NCBI GenBank assembly: GCA_033762915.1
Contig: JANRLD010000047.1
Span: forward strand, 25,861-89,860
DNA length: 64,000 nucleotides
Direction: 5' to 3'
Source of the DNA: Meiothermus sp.
GTDB lineage: Bacteria; Deinococcota; Deinococci; Deinococcales; Thermaceae
The position numbers and the translations under genes were made by a program. The notes beneath the pieces were generated by a model that had not been told where the DNA came from, made no database searches, and saw only the letters and a program-made list of their open reading frames with translations. The stretch's first letter is position 1. The number at the start of each line of letters is the position of its first letter. Shown piece by piece: positions 32,008-42,095 of this stretch.

Positions 32008-32205
32008 TAAGTTGTGCCAGGGGGAAGTGCGGAATCGGCGGATACGGTACCTACGTGCCAGGGCAGAGTGGCGTGCGCCATAGCTGCGGAGCGGCTACCC
32101 GAGGGCGGAGTGGCGTGCGCCATAGCCGCGGAGCGGCTACCCGAGGGGCAATTCCCTACGGGAGCTGGCGGGCGGCATTTCGCGTCTCAACTATAGAGAC
32201 ACTTA
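32008..32205 (+). mobile_element. MITE-like element, family 1, copy B, with internal 42-bp tandem duplication
   Basis: TAAGTTGTGCCA...CTATAGAGACACTTA; units at 32061-32102 and 32103-32144. Confidence 0.7.
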
Positions 32206-32703
32206 GCGCTTTCTCAGGTGCGGCAGCAGCGCCGAGCGCAGGATGGTGTTGCTGGAGGCCAGGTTGAAACTGGCCTGGGCGAACTCGGAGCGGGCGATGT
32301 TGGTCTGAACCCAGGAGGGGAGCTTCGAACTGGGGTAGCGCAGGGTGTTGGAGGAGGCCACGTACTCGACTGGGAAACTGACCCACAGGGTCAGGGCCAG
32401 CAGCAACCCCCACACAAAACCCCCGACGCCGCCAATGAAGGCCTCGAGCCGATCTGGCAGACGGGGCAGCGGCACGTACTGGGTCAGCATCGCCATGGCG
32501 AAGCCCATCAGGACCGCCATGAAGGGCAGGACGATCCCGCTGACGTTGGGCAGCAGCCCCACCAGCAGCACGTACAGCACAATGGCGGGGATCACCGCCA
32601 GGGTGAAGGGCGTGCCCATGCGGATGCCCACCACCAGGGCCAGCGCCAGGGTGAGCACCGCGATGGCATCCAAAAGGGTGAAGGGGATGGCGATATCCGG
32701 CAT
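32203..32703 (-). CDS. Membrane protein, CvpA-like
   Basis: Four TM helices, 'LDAI....G.RMG' and 'L...IGGVGGF..G' patterns. Confidence 0.65.
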   Translation of the reverse strand: MPDIAIPFTLLDAIAVLTLALALVVGIRMGTPFTLAVIPAIVLYVLLVGLLPNVSGIVLPFMAVLMGFAMAMLTQYVPLPRLPDRLEAFIGGVGGFVWGLLLALTLWVSFPVEYVASSNTLRYPSSKLPSWVQTNIARSEFAQASFNLASSNTILRSALLPHLRKR

Positions 32704-32822
32704 CTCGCCCTGAGTATAGCGGCCCGCTCGAGGCGGCACGGGTCAAAACCGCCGCGTAACCCCCCATTCTCCGCACCTTACGGGCTGTAGAATGGCGTTT
32801 GGCGTGACGCACGCCCGCACCT

Positions 32823-33410
32823 ATGGCAAACGTACTCCCCATTCGACTCTACGGCGACCCCGTACTCAAGAAGCGGGCCCTCCCCGTCCAGGACTTCTCG
32901 GAAATCCCCCGGCTGGCCGAGGACATGCTCGAGACCATGTTTGAGGCCAAGGGCGTCGGGCTGGCGGCCCCCCAGGTGGGCCTCTCCAGGCGCATGTTCG
33001 TGGCCGCCGAATACCTCGACGAGCCCGAGGAGGAGGGCGAGGAGGCCGACTACCGCACGGCCCAGAAGAACCTCTATGTCGTGGTCAACCCGGTCATCAC
33101 CCACCGCTCGGGCTCCCAGACCATCCAGGAGGGCTGCCTCTCGCTGCCCGGCCTGTACGCCGAGGGGGCCGAGCGCGACCTCCGGGTGCGGGTCGAGTAC
33201 CAGGACGAAAAGGGCGAGCCCAGGACCCTCGAGGCCGAGGGCTACCTGGCGGTAGTGCTGCAGCACGAGATCGACCACCTCGACGGCGTGATGTTTTTCC
33301 AGCGGATGCCCTTCAACCTCAAGCAGAAGTTCCTCGAGGACAACCGCGACGACCTGGGCGACTTCCAGCGACAGGCGCGGGCGTACCTCAAAGAGATCGA
33401 AAGGAAGTAG
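32823..33410 (+). CDS. def: Peptide deformylase
   Basis: GVGLAAPQVG, EGCLS, QHEIDHL. Confidence 0.97.
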   Translation: MANVLPIRLYGDPVLKKRALPVQDFSEIPRLAEDMLETMFEAKGVGLAAPQVGLSRRMFVAAEYLDEPEEEGEEADYRTAQKNLYVVVNPVITHRSGSQTIQEGCLSLPGLYAEGAERDLRVRVEYQDEKGEPRTLEAEGYLAVVLQHEIDHLDGVMFFQRMPFNLKQKFLEDNRDDLGDFQRQARAYLKEIERK

Positions 33411-33464
33411 GGAGGAAAGAGTAGGGAGCAACCACACCCGCGCCTTTCCTTTCTGGCCTTTTGT

Positions 33465-34430
33465 ATGACCCACCCACGCCGACGCAAGGTTGCTTTCTTT
33501 GGCTCGCCAGCCTGGGCCGTGCCTGTGGCCCAGGCCCTGCACCGACACCACGAGCTGGCGCTGGTGGTGACCCAGCCGGACAAGCCCACGGGCCGGGGGC
33601 TGCAACTGACCGCCTGCCCGGTGGCGCAGTGGGCGGAGGGTGAGGGGCTGCGCCTCGAGAAACCCGCCAAAGTCCGCAAGAACGAGGCGTTTTTCGAGCT
33701 GTGCCGGGAGCTGGAACTCGAGGCCGCCGTCACTGCCGCCTACGGCAAAATTCTGCCCGCCGAACTGCTGGGCATCCCCAGGTTCGGCTTTCTTAACCTG
33801 CACCCCTCCGACCTACCCAAGTACCGCGGCCCCGCGCCAGTGCAGTGGACGCTCATCAACGGCGAGACCGAGACCGCCGTGAGCATCATGCAGACCGACG
33901 CTGGCATGGACACCGGGCCGGTGGTGGCCAAGGCCTTCTCCCCCGTCGGCCCCCACGAAAACGCCCTCGAGCTGTCCAACCGCCTGCGCGACCAGGGGAT
34001 CGAGATGCTGCTGGAAGCGCTGACCCACCTCGAGCACCTCGAGCTTCAGCCCCAGCCCGCCGAGGGCACCCACGCCCCGATGCTCGAGAAGGACGACGGG
34101 CGCGTGGTCTGGACGCGCAGCGCCCGGCAGATCTACGACCGCCACCGGGGGGTACAGCCCTGGCCGGGGAGCTGGCTCGAGTTCGGCGGGAGGCGGGTGA
34201 AGGTGTTGAGCTTGAGGGCAGGGCAGGGCCAAGCGGCGGGTGATCGCAGCGAAGCGGGGGGCGGGCGAGAAAACCCCGGCTCGGTCGTCGCGGTCCAAAA
34301 CGCGGTACGGGTCGCCACGGCCGAGGGGGTGGTGGAACTGCTCGAGGTGCAGCCCGAGGGCAAAAAGCCCATGTCGGCGGGGGATTGGGCCAGGGGCTAT
34401 CACGTGCGGGTGGGCACTCGGCTAGACTAG
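33465..34430 (+). CDS. fmt: Methionyl-tRNA formyltransferase
   Basis: VTQPDKP.GRG, AYGKILP, NLHPS.LP.YRG.AP, MDTG. Confidence 0.96.
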   Translation: MTHPRRRKVAFFGSPAWAVPVAQALHRHHELALVVTQPDKPTGRGLQLTACPVAQWAEGEGLRLEKPAKVRKNEAFFELCRELELEAAVTAAYGKILPAELLGIPRFGFLNLHPSDLPKYRGPAPVQWTLINGETETAVSIMQTDAGMDTGPVVAKAFSPVGPHENALELSNRLRDQGIEMLLEALTHLEHLELQPQPAEGTHAPMLEKDDGRVVWTRSARQIYDRHRGVQPWPGSWLEFGGRRVKVLSLRAGQGQAAGDRSEAGGGRENPGSVVAVQNAVRVATAEGVVELLEVQPEGKKPMSAGDWARGYHVRVGTRLD

Positions 34431-34589
34431 AGGGGCAAACACCGATCCCCCACCCCCCTCGGCGGCTGTCGCCGGCGAGTCGGCGGTCTCGAGGCCCAGA
34501 GTCTTTGGCCCCAGGGGGCCCCGGGTTGGCCCTGATTTGATTTCTCTCTTCCCTTTCCTCGCCTTTGACCTCATTCCCTCTGCCCTCTA

Positions 34590-36428
34590 ATGACCACAGC
34601 CCTCAAGCTCGCCAACCGCTACCGCCTCGAGACTCCTCTGGGCGAGGGCGGAATGGCCGAGGTCTGGCGGGCGACCGACGAGCGGATGGAGCGAGCGGTG
34701 GCGGTTAAGCTGCTGCACTCCTACATTCACCCCAACGAGCGCAAGCGCTTCTTCCAGGAGGTCAAGGCGCTGTCCAAGCTCTCGCACCCCGGCGTGGTGC
34801 AGGTCTACGACCTGGGCGAGGAGGAGGGGCGCACCTACTTTGTGATGGAGCTGGTGGAGGGCGGCACCTACGACCGGATCGGGCCGTTCGAGGACGGGAT
34901 GGAGGGACTGACTTCGCTGGATGCGGCCCTTAACGTGATGGACGCGCTGGCCCACCTGCACAGTCGGGGGGTCATCCACCGCGACCTGACCCCGCGCAAC
35001 ATCCTGGTCACGCCCGCTGGGGCGCCCAAGGTGATGGACTTCGGGCTGGCCTACCTGATGCAAGAGAGCCGCCACTTCACCCGCACCGGCATCACCGTGG
35101 GGACGCCCGAGTACATGGCCCCCGAGCAGGCCAGGGGGCAGCCCCTGACTCCTCAGGCCGACCTCTACAGCTTCGGGGCAGTGCTCTACAAGACCCTCAC
35201 CGGTAGGCCGCTGTTCGAGGGCGAGAACGACCAGTCGGTGCTCTACCAGCACGTCTACGAGCCGCCCAAGCCGCCCCTCGAGCATAACCCCGCCATCCCC
35301 GCCGACCTCTCGAGCCTGATGCTCTCGATGCTTGAAAAACAGCCCACCGACCGCCCGGCCAGCGCGGCTGCTGCCCACGCGGTGCTCGAGGAGACCCTGC
35401 GCCAGTACCGCGAGACCTTATCGGCCACCCCCCGCGCCGGGGCGAGCCGCACCGGCCACTACCCCACCGGCCCCGCGAGAGCGGAGAGGCTCGAGCTGCA
35501 CGGCAGCTCCGAGCTGGCGGGCGAGGTGGCTTGGCCTGGCGAGTTGGTGGCGCGCGAGGGCCACATCTGGGTGGGGGCCGGGCAAGGCATCGCCCGGCTC
35601 GACCTGATGGACGGCTCGGTATACCGGCACCGCATGGGCGACGAGGTGTCGGCCCCCCCGGTGGTGACGGCCGAGCGCATCTACGTGGCGGCCTGGGATG
35701 GCCGACTCAACGCGCTCTCGCTGGCCGGCAGGCCCCTGATCAGCTTTCCCACCAAGGCCGAAATCACCGCCGCGCCGCTGGTGGGCGAGCTGATCTATCT
35801 GGCCGGACGCGACGGGTACCTCTACGCCCTCGAGCCCTCGGGCACCCTGCGCTGGGGCTTCCAGGCGGGCGGAGAGTTGTCGGCCCCACCCACCCTGTAC
35901 CGGGGCCTGCTGTTCGCCGGCAGCGAGAACGGCTGGCTCTACGCCCTCGACCCCCACAGCGGCCAACTGCGCTACAAGGTCGAGGCTGGAGCGGTGCACT
36001 CGGCCATTCCGGCCAGGGGCGGGCTGCTGTTTATCCCGACTTGGAACGGCGAAATCCACGCCTTCGACCCCCTGACCCGCGAGGTGCGCTGGAGCTACGA
36101 CCTCGAGGGCGAACTCTGGGGGTCGCCCGCCGTGGACGCCCGCAACGTCTATGCGGCCAGTTGGGCGGGCAAGCTCTACGCGCTGGACATCGAGACCGGC
36201 GACGAGCGGTGGGCGCTCGAGGTGGGCAAGGTGACCGCGGCCCTCTCGCTGGCCCACGGCATCGTCTACGTCACCACCGAGGGCGGGCAGGTTCTGGCCG
36301 TGGAGGCCGAGACCGGCCGCCTCCTCTTCGAGGCCAGCGGCCTGGGGCCGATCCAGGCCCCGCCCCTTCCCTACCGGGGTGCGCTGTACGTGGCGACGCT
36401 GTCGGGAAAACTGTATAGGTTCGGGTAA
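34590..36428 (+). CDS. Hanks-type Ser/Thr kinase with C-terminal PQQ-like beta-propeller (RqkA-like)
   Basis: GEGGMAEV, VAVK, HRDLTPRN, DFG, APE; repeated G.LYALD..G..RW blades. Confidence 0.9.
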   Translation: MTTALKLANRYRLETPLGEGGMAEVWRATDERMERAVAVKLLHSYIHPNERKRFFQEVKALSKLSHPGVVQVYDLGEEEGRTYFVMELVEGGTYDRIGPFEDGMEGLTSLDAALNVMDALAHLHSRGVIHRDLTPRNILVTPAGAPKVMDFGLAYLMQESRHFTRTGITVGTPEYMAPEQARGQPLTPQADLYSFGAVLYKTLTGRPLFEGENDQSVLYQHVYEPPKPPLEHNPAIPADLSSLMLSMLEKQPTDRPASAAAAHAVLEETLRQYRETLSATPRAGASRTGHYPTGPARAERLELHGSSELAGEVAWPGELVAREGHIWVGAGQGIARLDLMDGSVYRHRMGDEVSAPPVVTAERIYVAAWDGRLNALSLAGRPLISFPTKAEITAAPLVGELIYLAGRDGYLYALEPSGTLRWGFQAGGELSAPPTLYRGLLFAGSENGWLYALDPHSGQLRYKVEAGAVHSAIPARGGLLFIPTWNGEIHAFDPLTREVRWSYDLEGELWGSPAVDARNVYAASWAGKLYALDIETGDERWALEVGKVTAALSLAHGIVYVTTEGGQVLAVEAETGRLLFEASGLGPIQAPPLPYRGALYVATLSGKLYRFG

Positions 36429-36482
36429 GGCCCCTCAGCGCGGACTCAAACCGAACTCAGCCGGGCGGCCCAGACTCACAGT

Positions 36483-36911
36483 ATGGCGACCGTTTACGCG
36501 ATCTTCCCTAGCGGCTCCGCACTCGACGAGGCGATGTCCCGCCTGAGCCTGGGCCACCGGGCCGAGGTGATCCCGCCCACCGACCTCGAGTCCGACGCCA
36601 CGGGGAACTACGACGGCGAGGGCGTCGCGGTGGGAGGTGACGAAGGCATGGGCGCGGCGTTGCCCCCGCTCGGGGCCGGCGGCGGCGTAACCATCGGCGG
36701 CTCGGGCCTGGCGATGGTGCCCGCCACGGCCGCCCTGGCCGGGGCGCTGAGGGGCCCCGGAAGCAGGCTCGACAACCTCCCCGACGCCGAGCGCCGCATC
36801 TTCGAAAACGCCCTGCAAAACGGCTCTCATGTTCTGGTGGTACGCCACGCCGAGGCCGGCCTCGAGGCCCAGCTGCGCCAGGCCGGGGCCGAGCAGGTGA
36901 TGCGCAGGTGA
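36483..36911 (+). CDS. Hypothetical protein
   Basis: Host-like codon usage, Gly-rich hydrophobic core, 'E..L..G..VLVV' pattern of general-stress-like proteins. Confidence 0.65.
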   Translation: MATVYAIFPSGSALDEAMSRLSLGHRAEVIPPTDLESDATGNYDGEGVAVGGDEGMGAALPPLGAGGGVTIGGSGLAMVPATAALAGALRGPGSRLDNLPDAERRIFENALQNGSHVLVVRHAEAGLEAQLRQAGAEQVMRR

Positions 36912-36937
36912 CAGGGCAACCTTCGGTAATTAGCGCT

Positions 36938-37094
36938 TAATTTGCGCCAGGGTAGAAGTGCAGTACCAGCGGAAGCGGCAAACACGTGCCTGGGCGGAGT
37001 GGCGTACGCCATAGCCGCGGAGCGGCTACCCGGGGCGCAATTCCCTGCTGGAGTTGGCGGGCGACATTTCGCATTGCAACTATGGAGTCGCCTA
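36938..37094 (+). mobile_element. MITE-like element, family 1, copy C
   Basis: TAATTTGCGCCAGGG...CAACTATGGAGTCGCCTA; one copy of the 42-bp core. Confidence 0.7.
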
Positions 37095-37184
37095 GCCCTG
37101 AGCGGAAAGCCACCTGCCGGGCGCCGATCGCCCCGGTGCTGCGGGTTCGGCCTCTGCCCCCGCGACTGTAGTACAGTCATTCCC

Positions 37185-37832
37185 GTGCCGCTCAAGCATC
37201 TGCTCGAGAACAACCGAAGATGGTCGCTGGACATCCGGCAGCGCGACCCCGACTTCTTCAGCAAGCTGGCCGCGCAGCAGAAGCCCGAATACCTATGGAT
37301 CGGCTGCTCGGACAGCCGGGTGCCCGCCAACGAGATCATCGGACTGCTGCCGGGCGAGGTGTTCGTGCACCGCAACATCGCCAACCTGGTGGTGCACACC
37401 GACCTCAACTGCCTGTCGGTAGTGCAGTACGCGGTGGACGAGCTGCGGGTCAAGCACCTCATCGTCTGCGGCCACTACGGCTGCGGCGGGGTGGTGGCGG
37501 CCTTGCAGCGCAGGCGGGTGGGCCTGGCCGATAACTGGCTGCGCCACGTGCAGGACGTCTACGCCAAGCACCATCAAGCCCTCGAGAGCCTCCCCGAGGG
37601 AGAGCGCGCCCGCCGCCTATGCGAACTTAACGTGATCGAGCAAGTGGTCAACCTATGTCAGGCCACCATAGTCCAGGACGCCTGGGGCCGGGGCCAGGAG
37701 CTCACCGTGCGCGGCTGGGTCTACGGCCTCGAGGACGGCCTGCTGCGCGACCTGGGGATGATCGTGCGGGGCCTGGGGGAGCTGGAAGTGGTATACGGGC
37801 GGGTGGTAGGCGAAGGGGAGCCTGAGGGGTAG
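37185..37832 (+). CDS. can: Beta-class carbonic anhydrase
   Basis: GCSDSRVP, HRNIAN, GHYGCGG; the supplied ORF is extended at the 5' end by the MITE. Confidence 0.95.
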   Translation: MPLKHLLENNRRWSLDIRQRDPDFFSKLAAQQKPEYLWIGCSDSRVPANEIIGLLPGEVFVHRNIANLVVHTDLNCLSVVQYAVDELRVKHLIVCGHYGCGGVVAALQRRRVGLADNWLRHVQDVYAKHHQALESLPEGERARRLCELNVIEQVVNLCQATIVQDAWGRGQELTVRGWVYGLEDGLLRDLGMIVRGLGELEVVYGRVVGEGEPEG

Positions 37833-37887
37833 GGCCCGGAGTGGAGGGGTACAGCGAACCCAGCCCTTGTCTCTTCGCCCCTGCTGC

Positions 37888-38304
37888 TCACAGCCGGCTG
37901 GCGAAGCCGCGCTTGATGTAGAGCACCGGGTCGGCGTAGTTGGCACTGGCGGCCAGAACCTGGCCGGCTTGGTCTTCGCCCAGTTCGAACAGGGCGGAAT
38001 ACTCGGAGGGCGGGAGCACCGCCTCGCGGAAGTTGTCTATGTCCACGCCCTGCTCGAGAAACCAGTTCACCAGTTCGCGCAGGGTGTCGTCGCCCACCAC
38101 GCCAAAGCGCGGCCCGAAGGCGTCGAAGGTCAGCACCCGGCGCCGGCCCTCGCGCACGAATACCGCGTAGCGGGCGGTGGCCCGGTGATCCTGCCAGTCG
38201 GTCACCAGGGTGACGGTGGCCTCGCCGAGTTCGAAGCCCCGGAGGGCGTGCTTGAGGGCTTCCCAGGTCTCTTTGGGGGCGGCGCGGACGCCTACGAGTT
38301 CCAT
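37888..38304 (-). CDS. DUF3197 family protein
   Basis: VG.RAAPK, TDWQD.R..ARYA, DAFGP.F, AN..DP..Y. Confidence 0.8.
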   Translation of the reverse strand: MELVGVRAAPKETWEALKHALRGFELGEATVTLVTDWQDHRATARYAVFVREGRRRVLTFDAFGPRFGVVGDDTLRELVNWFLEQGVDIDNFREAVLPPSEYSALFELGEDQAGQVLAASANYADPVLYIKRGFASRL

Positions 38305-38366
38305 AGGCGCATTCTATGCGAGTAAACAGGGAAGCGCTACGCGCCCAGCGCTGAACAGGCCTGAAT

Positions 38367-38993
38367 TTATCGGGCCTCGAGGCGGCGCAGCAGCCAGTAC
38401 GCCCCCACTCCGATCACCCCGAAACAGACCAGCCCCAGCATCCGCTGCATCAGCCCCCCGAAGCTCGAGCGGTCGTAGGCGATAGCCCCGCTGAAAAACC
38501 CCACCAGCACCATAAAAGCCAGCAGGTTCAGCCCCAGGTAAAGCCGGAAGCCAGTGTCGGCGCGCCGCCACAGGGCCAGCACCACCAACAGCGGCAACAG
38601 CAGCAACCCGACCACCATCGGGTTGGCGGAGTGCAGCGGGTGGGGCAGAGGAAAAACCCCAGCCCACAGGTTGGAAAGCCCTGCCAGAACCAGAGCCAGC
38701 ACGACCAGTCCCCTCAGCAGTGCGGGCGTGCCCATGCCCGAAAGCCCGCGCCAAAACCCGTAGCCTCCCACGATGGCCGCCAGACCGCTTAACAAGGCCC
38801 CGCTGTTGGCGATCCAGGGCTGGCTTGAGAGCGGCGAGCCGAGATCGCTGGCGGTGGTGGTCAGGAGGCTAAAGGTGGGAAAAAAAGGGGCCGCCAAAAC
38901 CTGCACGCCGAAATACAGCAGCGGAACCGCCATCGCACAACCCAGCGCAGCGCGAACCAGCGAATGGCTTTTCGAGGGCACCCGCACGATCAC
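38367..38993 (-). CDS. DUF998 family membrane protein
   Basis: SDLG, multiple TM helices, H after FP, GLMQR motif; start uncertain. Confidence 0.75.
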   Translation of the reverse strand: MIVRVPSKSHSLVRAALGCAMAVPLLYFGVQVLAAPFFPTFSLLTTTASDLGSPLSSQPWIANSGALLSGLAAIVGGYGFWRGLSGMGTPALLRGLVVLALVLAGLSNLWAGVFPLPHPLHSANPMVVGLLLLPLLVVLALWRRADTGFRLYLGLNLLAFMVLVGFFSGAIAYDRSSFGGLMQRMLGLVCFGVIGVGAYWLLRRLEAR

Positions 38994-39057
38994 CTCCAGT
39001 TAAGGCGGGCCATCCTACACCCCTTGCGCTCGCCCGCGCACCAGGGGCTCTGCCGCC

Positions 39058-39339
39058 CTACTCGACCACCTGCACGCCCTTCCAAAAGGCCACGCGGCCA
39101 CTGATCTGCTTGGCGGCCTCCTTGGGCTCGGGGTAGTACCAGGCCGCGTCCTTGTTGAGCCGGCCGTCGACCTCGAGGCTGTAGTAGCTGGCCAAGCCCT
39201 TCCAGGGACAGGTGGTGTGGGTCTGGGAGTCACGCAGGAACTCCGGCCGCACCGACTCGAGGGGGAAGTAGTGGTTACCCTCGACCACCACGGTGTCGCT
39301 GCTCTGTGCGATGACCTGCCCGTTCCAGATGGCTTTCAT
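39058..39339 (-). CDS. DUF427 family protein
   Basis: EGNHYFP, TTCPWKG.ASYY, AAWYYP. Confidence 0.92.
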   Translation of the reverse strand: MKAIWNGQVIAQSSDTVVVEGNHYFPLESVRPEFLRDSQTHTTCPWKGLASYYSLEVDGRLNKDAAWYYPEPKEAAKQISGRVAFWKGVQVVE

Positions 39340-39541
39340 GGGGTCAGCCTAGTGCGTGGGGGCCGGGGGCGGGGTGCTTTAGCTCACGGATTGGCCGGAC
39401 TTCGGTCAGCCGTACTGTCCCCCAGGTCAGCCCAACCCCTGGGCCTCTGGTTCTTGAGCGCAACGCCCACCGAGCCGAACTCGAGAAACTGCCACAACAA
39501 CACCCCCAAGCCTAAAACCCAGGGATGTCCGAGCGACTGAT

Positions 39542-40984
39542 TTAAGGCAGCATAAACGAGATGAACTTGGTCTCGAGGTACTCCTCCATGCCCCAGTGCC
39601 CGCCCTCTCGGCCGAGGCCGGAGTTCTTGTAGCCGCCAAAGGGCAGGTTGGAACCCATCGCGCTGGGAACGGGGTCGTTGACGCCCACGATGCCGTACTC
39701 GAGGGCCTCCGCGACGCGGAAAGCACGGGAGAGGTCCTTGGTCCACACGTAAGCCGCGAGCCCGTAGTCGGTGTTGTTGGCCCAGGCAATGGCCTGCTCC
39801 TCGTCCTCGAAGGGCATCAGCGGGGCTACCGGGCCGAAGGTCTCTTCCTCGAGCACCCGCATGCCGGGCTGGATGCCGGTGAGCACGGTGGGGGCGTAGA
39901 GCAGACCACCCAGCGACTTTCCGCCCGTCCTGACCGTGGCCCCCTTGCTCACCGCGTCCTCGACGTGCGACATCACCTTGTCCAGGCCCTGCTGCTCGAC
40001 CAACGGGCCCACGTTGGTGCTGGCGTCCAGGGGATCGCCCACCTTGAGCTTTTCCACCGACTGGGCCAGCGCCTCGGCGTAGTCGGCCTCGAGCTTCCGG
40101 TGGACGTAAATCCGGTTGGTGGTCACGCAGGTCTGACCCGCGTTGCGGTACTTGGAGAGCATGGTGAAGGCCACCGCCTTCTCGATGTCGGCATCCTCAA
40201 AGATGATGAAGGGGGCGTTGCCGCCGAGCTCGAGGCTGACCCGCTTTATGGTCTCAGCCCCCTGGCGGTAGAGGATTTTGCCCACCGGGGTCGAGCCGGT
40301 GAAGGTGATCTTGCGGATACGCATGTCCTCCATCAACACCTTGGAGACCGGCACCGGGTCGAGGGCGGGCAGCACCTGGAGCGTCCCCGCAGGCCCGCCG
40401 GCCTCCTCCCAGAGCTTGGCCATGTACAGCGCGCACAGCGGGGTCTGCTCGGCGGGCTTGATGACGATGGTGCAGCCCGCCGCCAGCGCGGGCGCGGCCT
40501 TGCGGGTGATCATGGAGGTCGGGAAGTTCCAGGGGGTCACCGCGTAGACCGGCCCCACCGGCTCGTAGACGGCCATCTGGCGCTTGTTGGGGAAGCGCGA
40601 GTGGATCAGCTCGCCGGTCACCCGGGTAGCCTCCTCGGCGCACCATTCGACGAAGGAGGCCGCGTAGAGCACCTCGCCCTTGGCCTCGGTGATGGGCTTG
40701 CCCATCTCGAGCGCGGTCAGCCTGCCCAGTTCCTCCTGGTGGGCGATCAGCAGGTCGTTCCACTTGCGCAGCACCTTGCCCCGCTCGAAGCCGCTGAGCT
40801 TCTTCCATTCCCGGAAGGCCGCCACTGCAGCGTCCGCTGCTATCCTGGCCTCGGCCTCGCCGCAGTCGGCCACCTCGGCCACCAGCGAGCCGTCATAGGG
40901 GCTCTTGACCGCGAAGGTCTTGGGGGTCTTGCGCCACTCGCCCGCCACGAAGGCGTTGGAAGGGAAGTCGAACTCTTTGACCAT
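39542..40984 (-). CDS. gabD: NAD(P)-dependent succinate-semialdehyde dehydrogenase
   Basis: TPWNFP, KPAEQTP, FTGST, LELGGNAP, NAGQTC, EETFGP; likely start MVKEFD. Confidence 0.9.
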   Translation of the reverse strand: MVKEFDFPSNAFVAGEWRKTPKTFAVKSPYDGSLVAEVADCGEAEARIAADAAVAAFREWKKLSGFERGKVLRKWNDLLIAHQEELGRLTALEMGKPITEAKGEVLYAASFVEWCAEEATRVTGELIHSRFPNKRQMAVYEPVGPVYAVTPWNFPTSMITRKAAPALAAGCTIVIKPAEQTPLCALYMAKLWEEAGGPAGTLQVLPALDPVPVSKVLMEDMRIRKITFTGSTPVGKILYRQGAETIKRVSLELGGNAPFIIFEDADIEKAVAFTMLSKYRNAGQTCVTTNRIYVHRKLEADYAEALAQSVEKLKVGDPLDASTNVGPLVEQQGLDKVMSHVEDAVSKGATVRTGGKSLGGLLYAPTVLTGIQPGMRVLEEETFGPVAPLMPFEDEEQAIAWANNTDYGLAAYVWTKDLSRAFRVAEALEYGIVGVNDPVPSAMGSNLPFGGYKNSGLGREGGHWGMEEYLETKFISFMLP

Positions 40985-41092
40985 TTTTCGCACCTCAACT
41001 CCCAAAGAATACTCCTCGACCCCCAAATTGTAGCTAGGGCCAGGGTTGCAATTGCCCTCGAGCCTCCCCGCCCCACCCCTTAGAGTTAAGCC

Positions 41093-41428
41093 ATGGACTT
41101 GCTGACCCAGGACTGGTTCATCCTGCAAGACCCCGCCGCTCCGGGGGAACATATCGTGATGGAGTCGGTGGGGCTGAAGCTCTCGCCGATGTGGACGAGC
41201 GGGCTCGAGGCCGAGCTGTTTGCTGGCAACCCCGCCGCCCAGGGGATGCTGGTGCAGAAGTTGGACACGCCGACCCTCAAGGAGTCCTACCTGCTGGCCC
41301 TGGGGATGCTGGGGGTGGAGCGGGTGCTGGTGGGCTACCAGGTGGGGATGCCGGACGCCCAGGGGATGGACCTCGAGACCGCCCTGCGCCTGATCCGCAG
41401 ACAGCTCGAGCCGCTGGGGCCGAGTTAA
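41093..41428 (+). CDS. DUF3234-like protein
   Basis: W..L....PGEH.V.E..G, WTS, LKE.YL.ALGML. Confidence 0.7.
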   Translation: MDLLTQDWFILQDPAAPGEHIVMESVGLKLSPMWTSGLEAELFAGNPAAQGMLVQKLDTPTLKESYLLALGMLGVERVLVGYQVGMPDAQGMDLETALRLIRRQLEPLGPS

Positions 41429-41497
41429 GCCGTGAACCGGCCAGAAACACAGCGTCCGCCCAGAAACCCCGCGTATACTCATCTGCGGAGGTCATAC

Positions 41498-41950
41498 ATG
41501 AGAAAACTCCTGGTCTTGCTGGTGCTGATGCTCACGCCCGCCCTCGCCCAGAGCCTTCAGGTCACGGCCGGCAGCCCCTTTGGTCTGAGTGCGGGGGTCA
41601 GGATCGGTTTGGTGCCCTTTCTGCTCGACGGCCGGGTCTACGCGGGCGTCAACTTCCTGACCGGTGGCTCGAGTGCCTTCGGGGCCGGGGTGGACGCTCT
41701 GGCCAAGATTCCCCTGACCGACGTGTACGCGGGCGCAGGGCTGTTCTACACGACCGGCCCCAGCCTGGCCCTGATCAGCAATGGCGGCCCGGCCGGCGGG
41801 CTGGGGGCCAGGGGCGTGATCGGCACCTACCTCAACGTGGGCATCCCGCTGCTGCCGATCGGCATCTTCATCGAAGGCCACCCCATGTACTACTTCGGCT
41901 CTCAGAGCTTCGGCTTGGGCGGGGCCATCGGGGTGAACATCGGGTTTTGA
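41498..41950 (+). CDS. Putative small outer-membrane beta-barrel protein
   Basis: Signal peptide, amphipathic Gly/aromatic strands, C-terminal Phe; GGAGG RBS. Confidence 0.7.
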   Translation: MRKLLVLLVLMLTPALAQSLQVTAGSPFGLSAGVRIGLVPFLLDGRVYAGVNFLTGGSSAFGAGVDALAKIPLTDVYAGAGLFYTTGPSLALISNGGPAGGLGARGVIGTYLNVGIPLLPIGIFIEGHPMYYFGSQSFGLGGAIGVNIGF

Positions 41951-41967
41951 GGCCGGTGGGTGAAACG

Positions 41968-41996
41968 AAGCCCGCCCTACGGGGCGGGCTTTTTTG
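41968..41996 (+). terminator. Intrinsic terminator
   Basis: AAGCCCGCCC-TACG-GGGCGGGCTT followed by a T run. Confidence 0.88.
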
Positions 41997-42095
41997 TGCT
42001 GGAGCAGATTAGCCACTGAATGGTTCGGATGCAAGGCCTTGCGTCGCTGCGGGTGGCGATGGTTGGAGCGCCCTTTCCTCGAGCCCAACCCTCAT

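Noticed and set aside
32061..32144. 42-bp tandem repeat that could be mistaken for a mini CRISPR array
   Set aside because: The units abut with no unique spacers, no cas genes are present, and it is part of a dispersed MITE-like element
36942..37184. N-terminal extension of carbonic anhydrase (AIAAERLP peptide, also in ORFs at 32014 and 62612)
   Set aside because: Translation of the MITE sequence; the likely start is GTG at 37185
40985..41482. N-terminal extension of gabD
   Set aside because: It overlaps the DUF3234-like gene on the opposite strand; the RBS GAGGTG precedes the ATG at 40984
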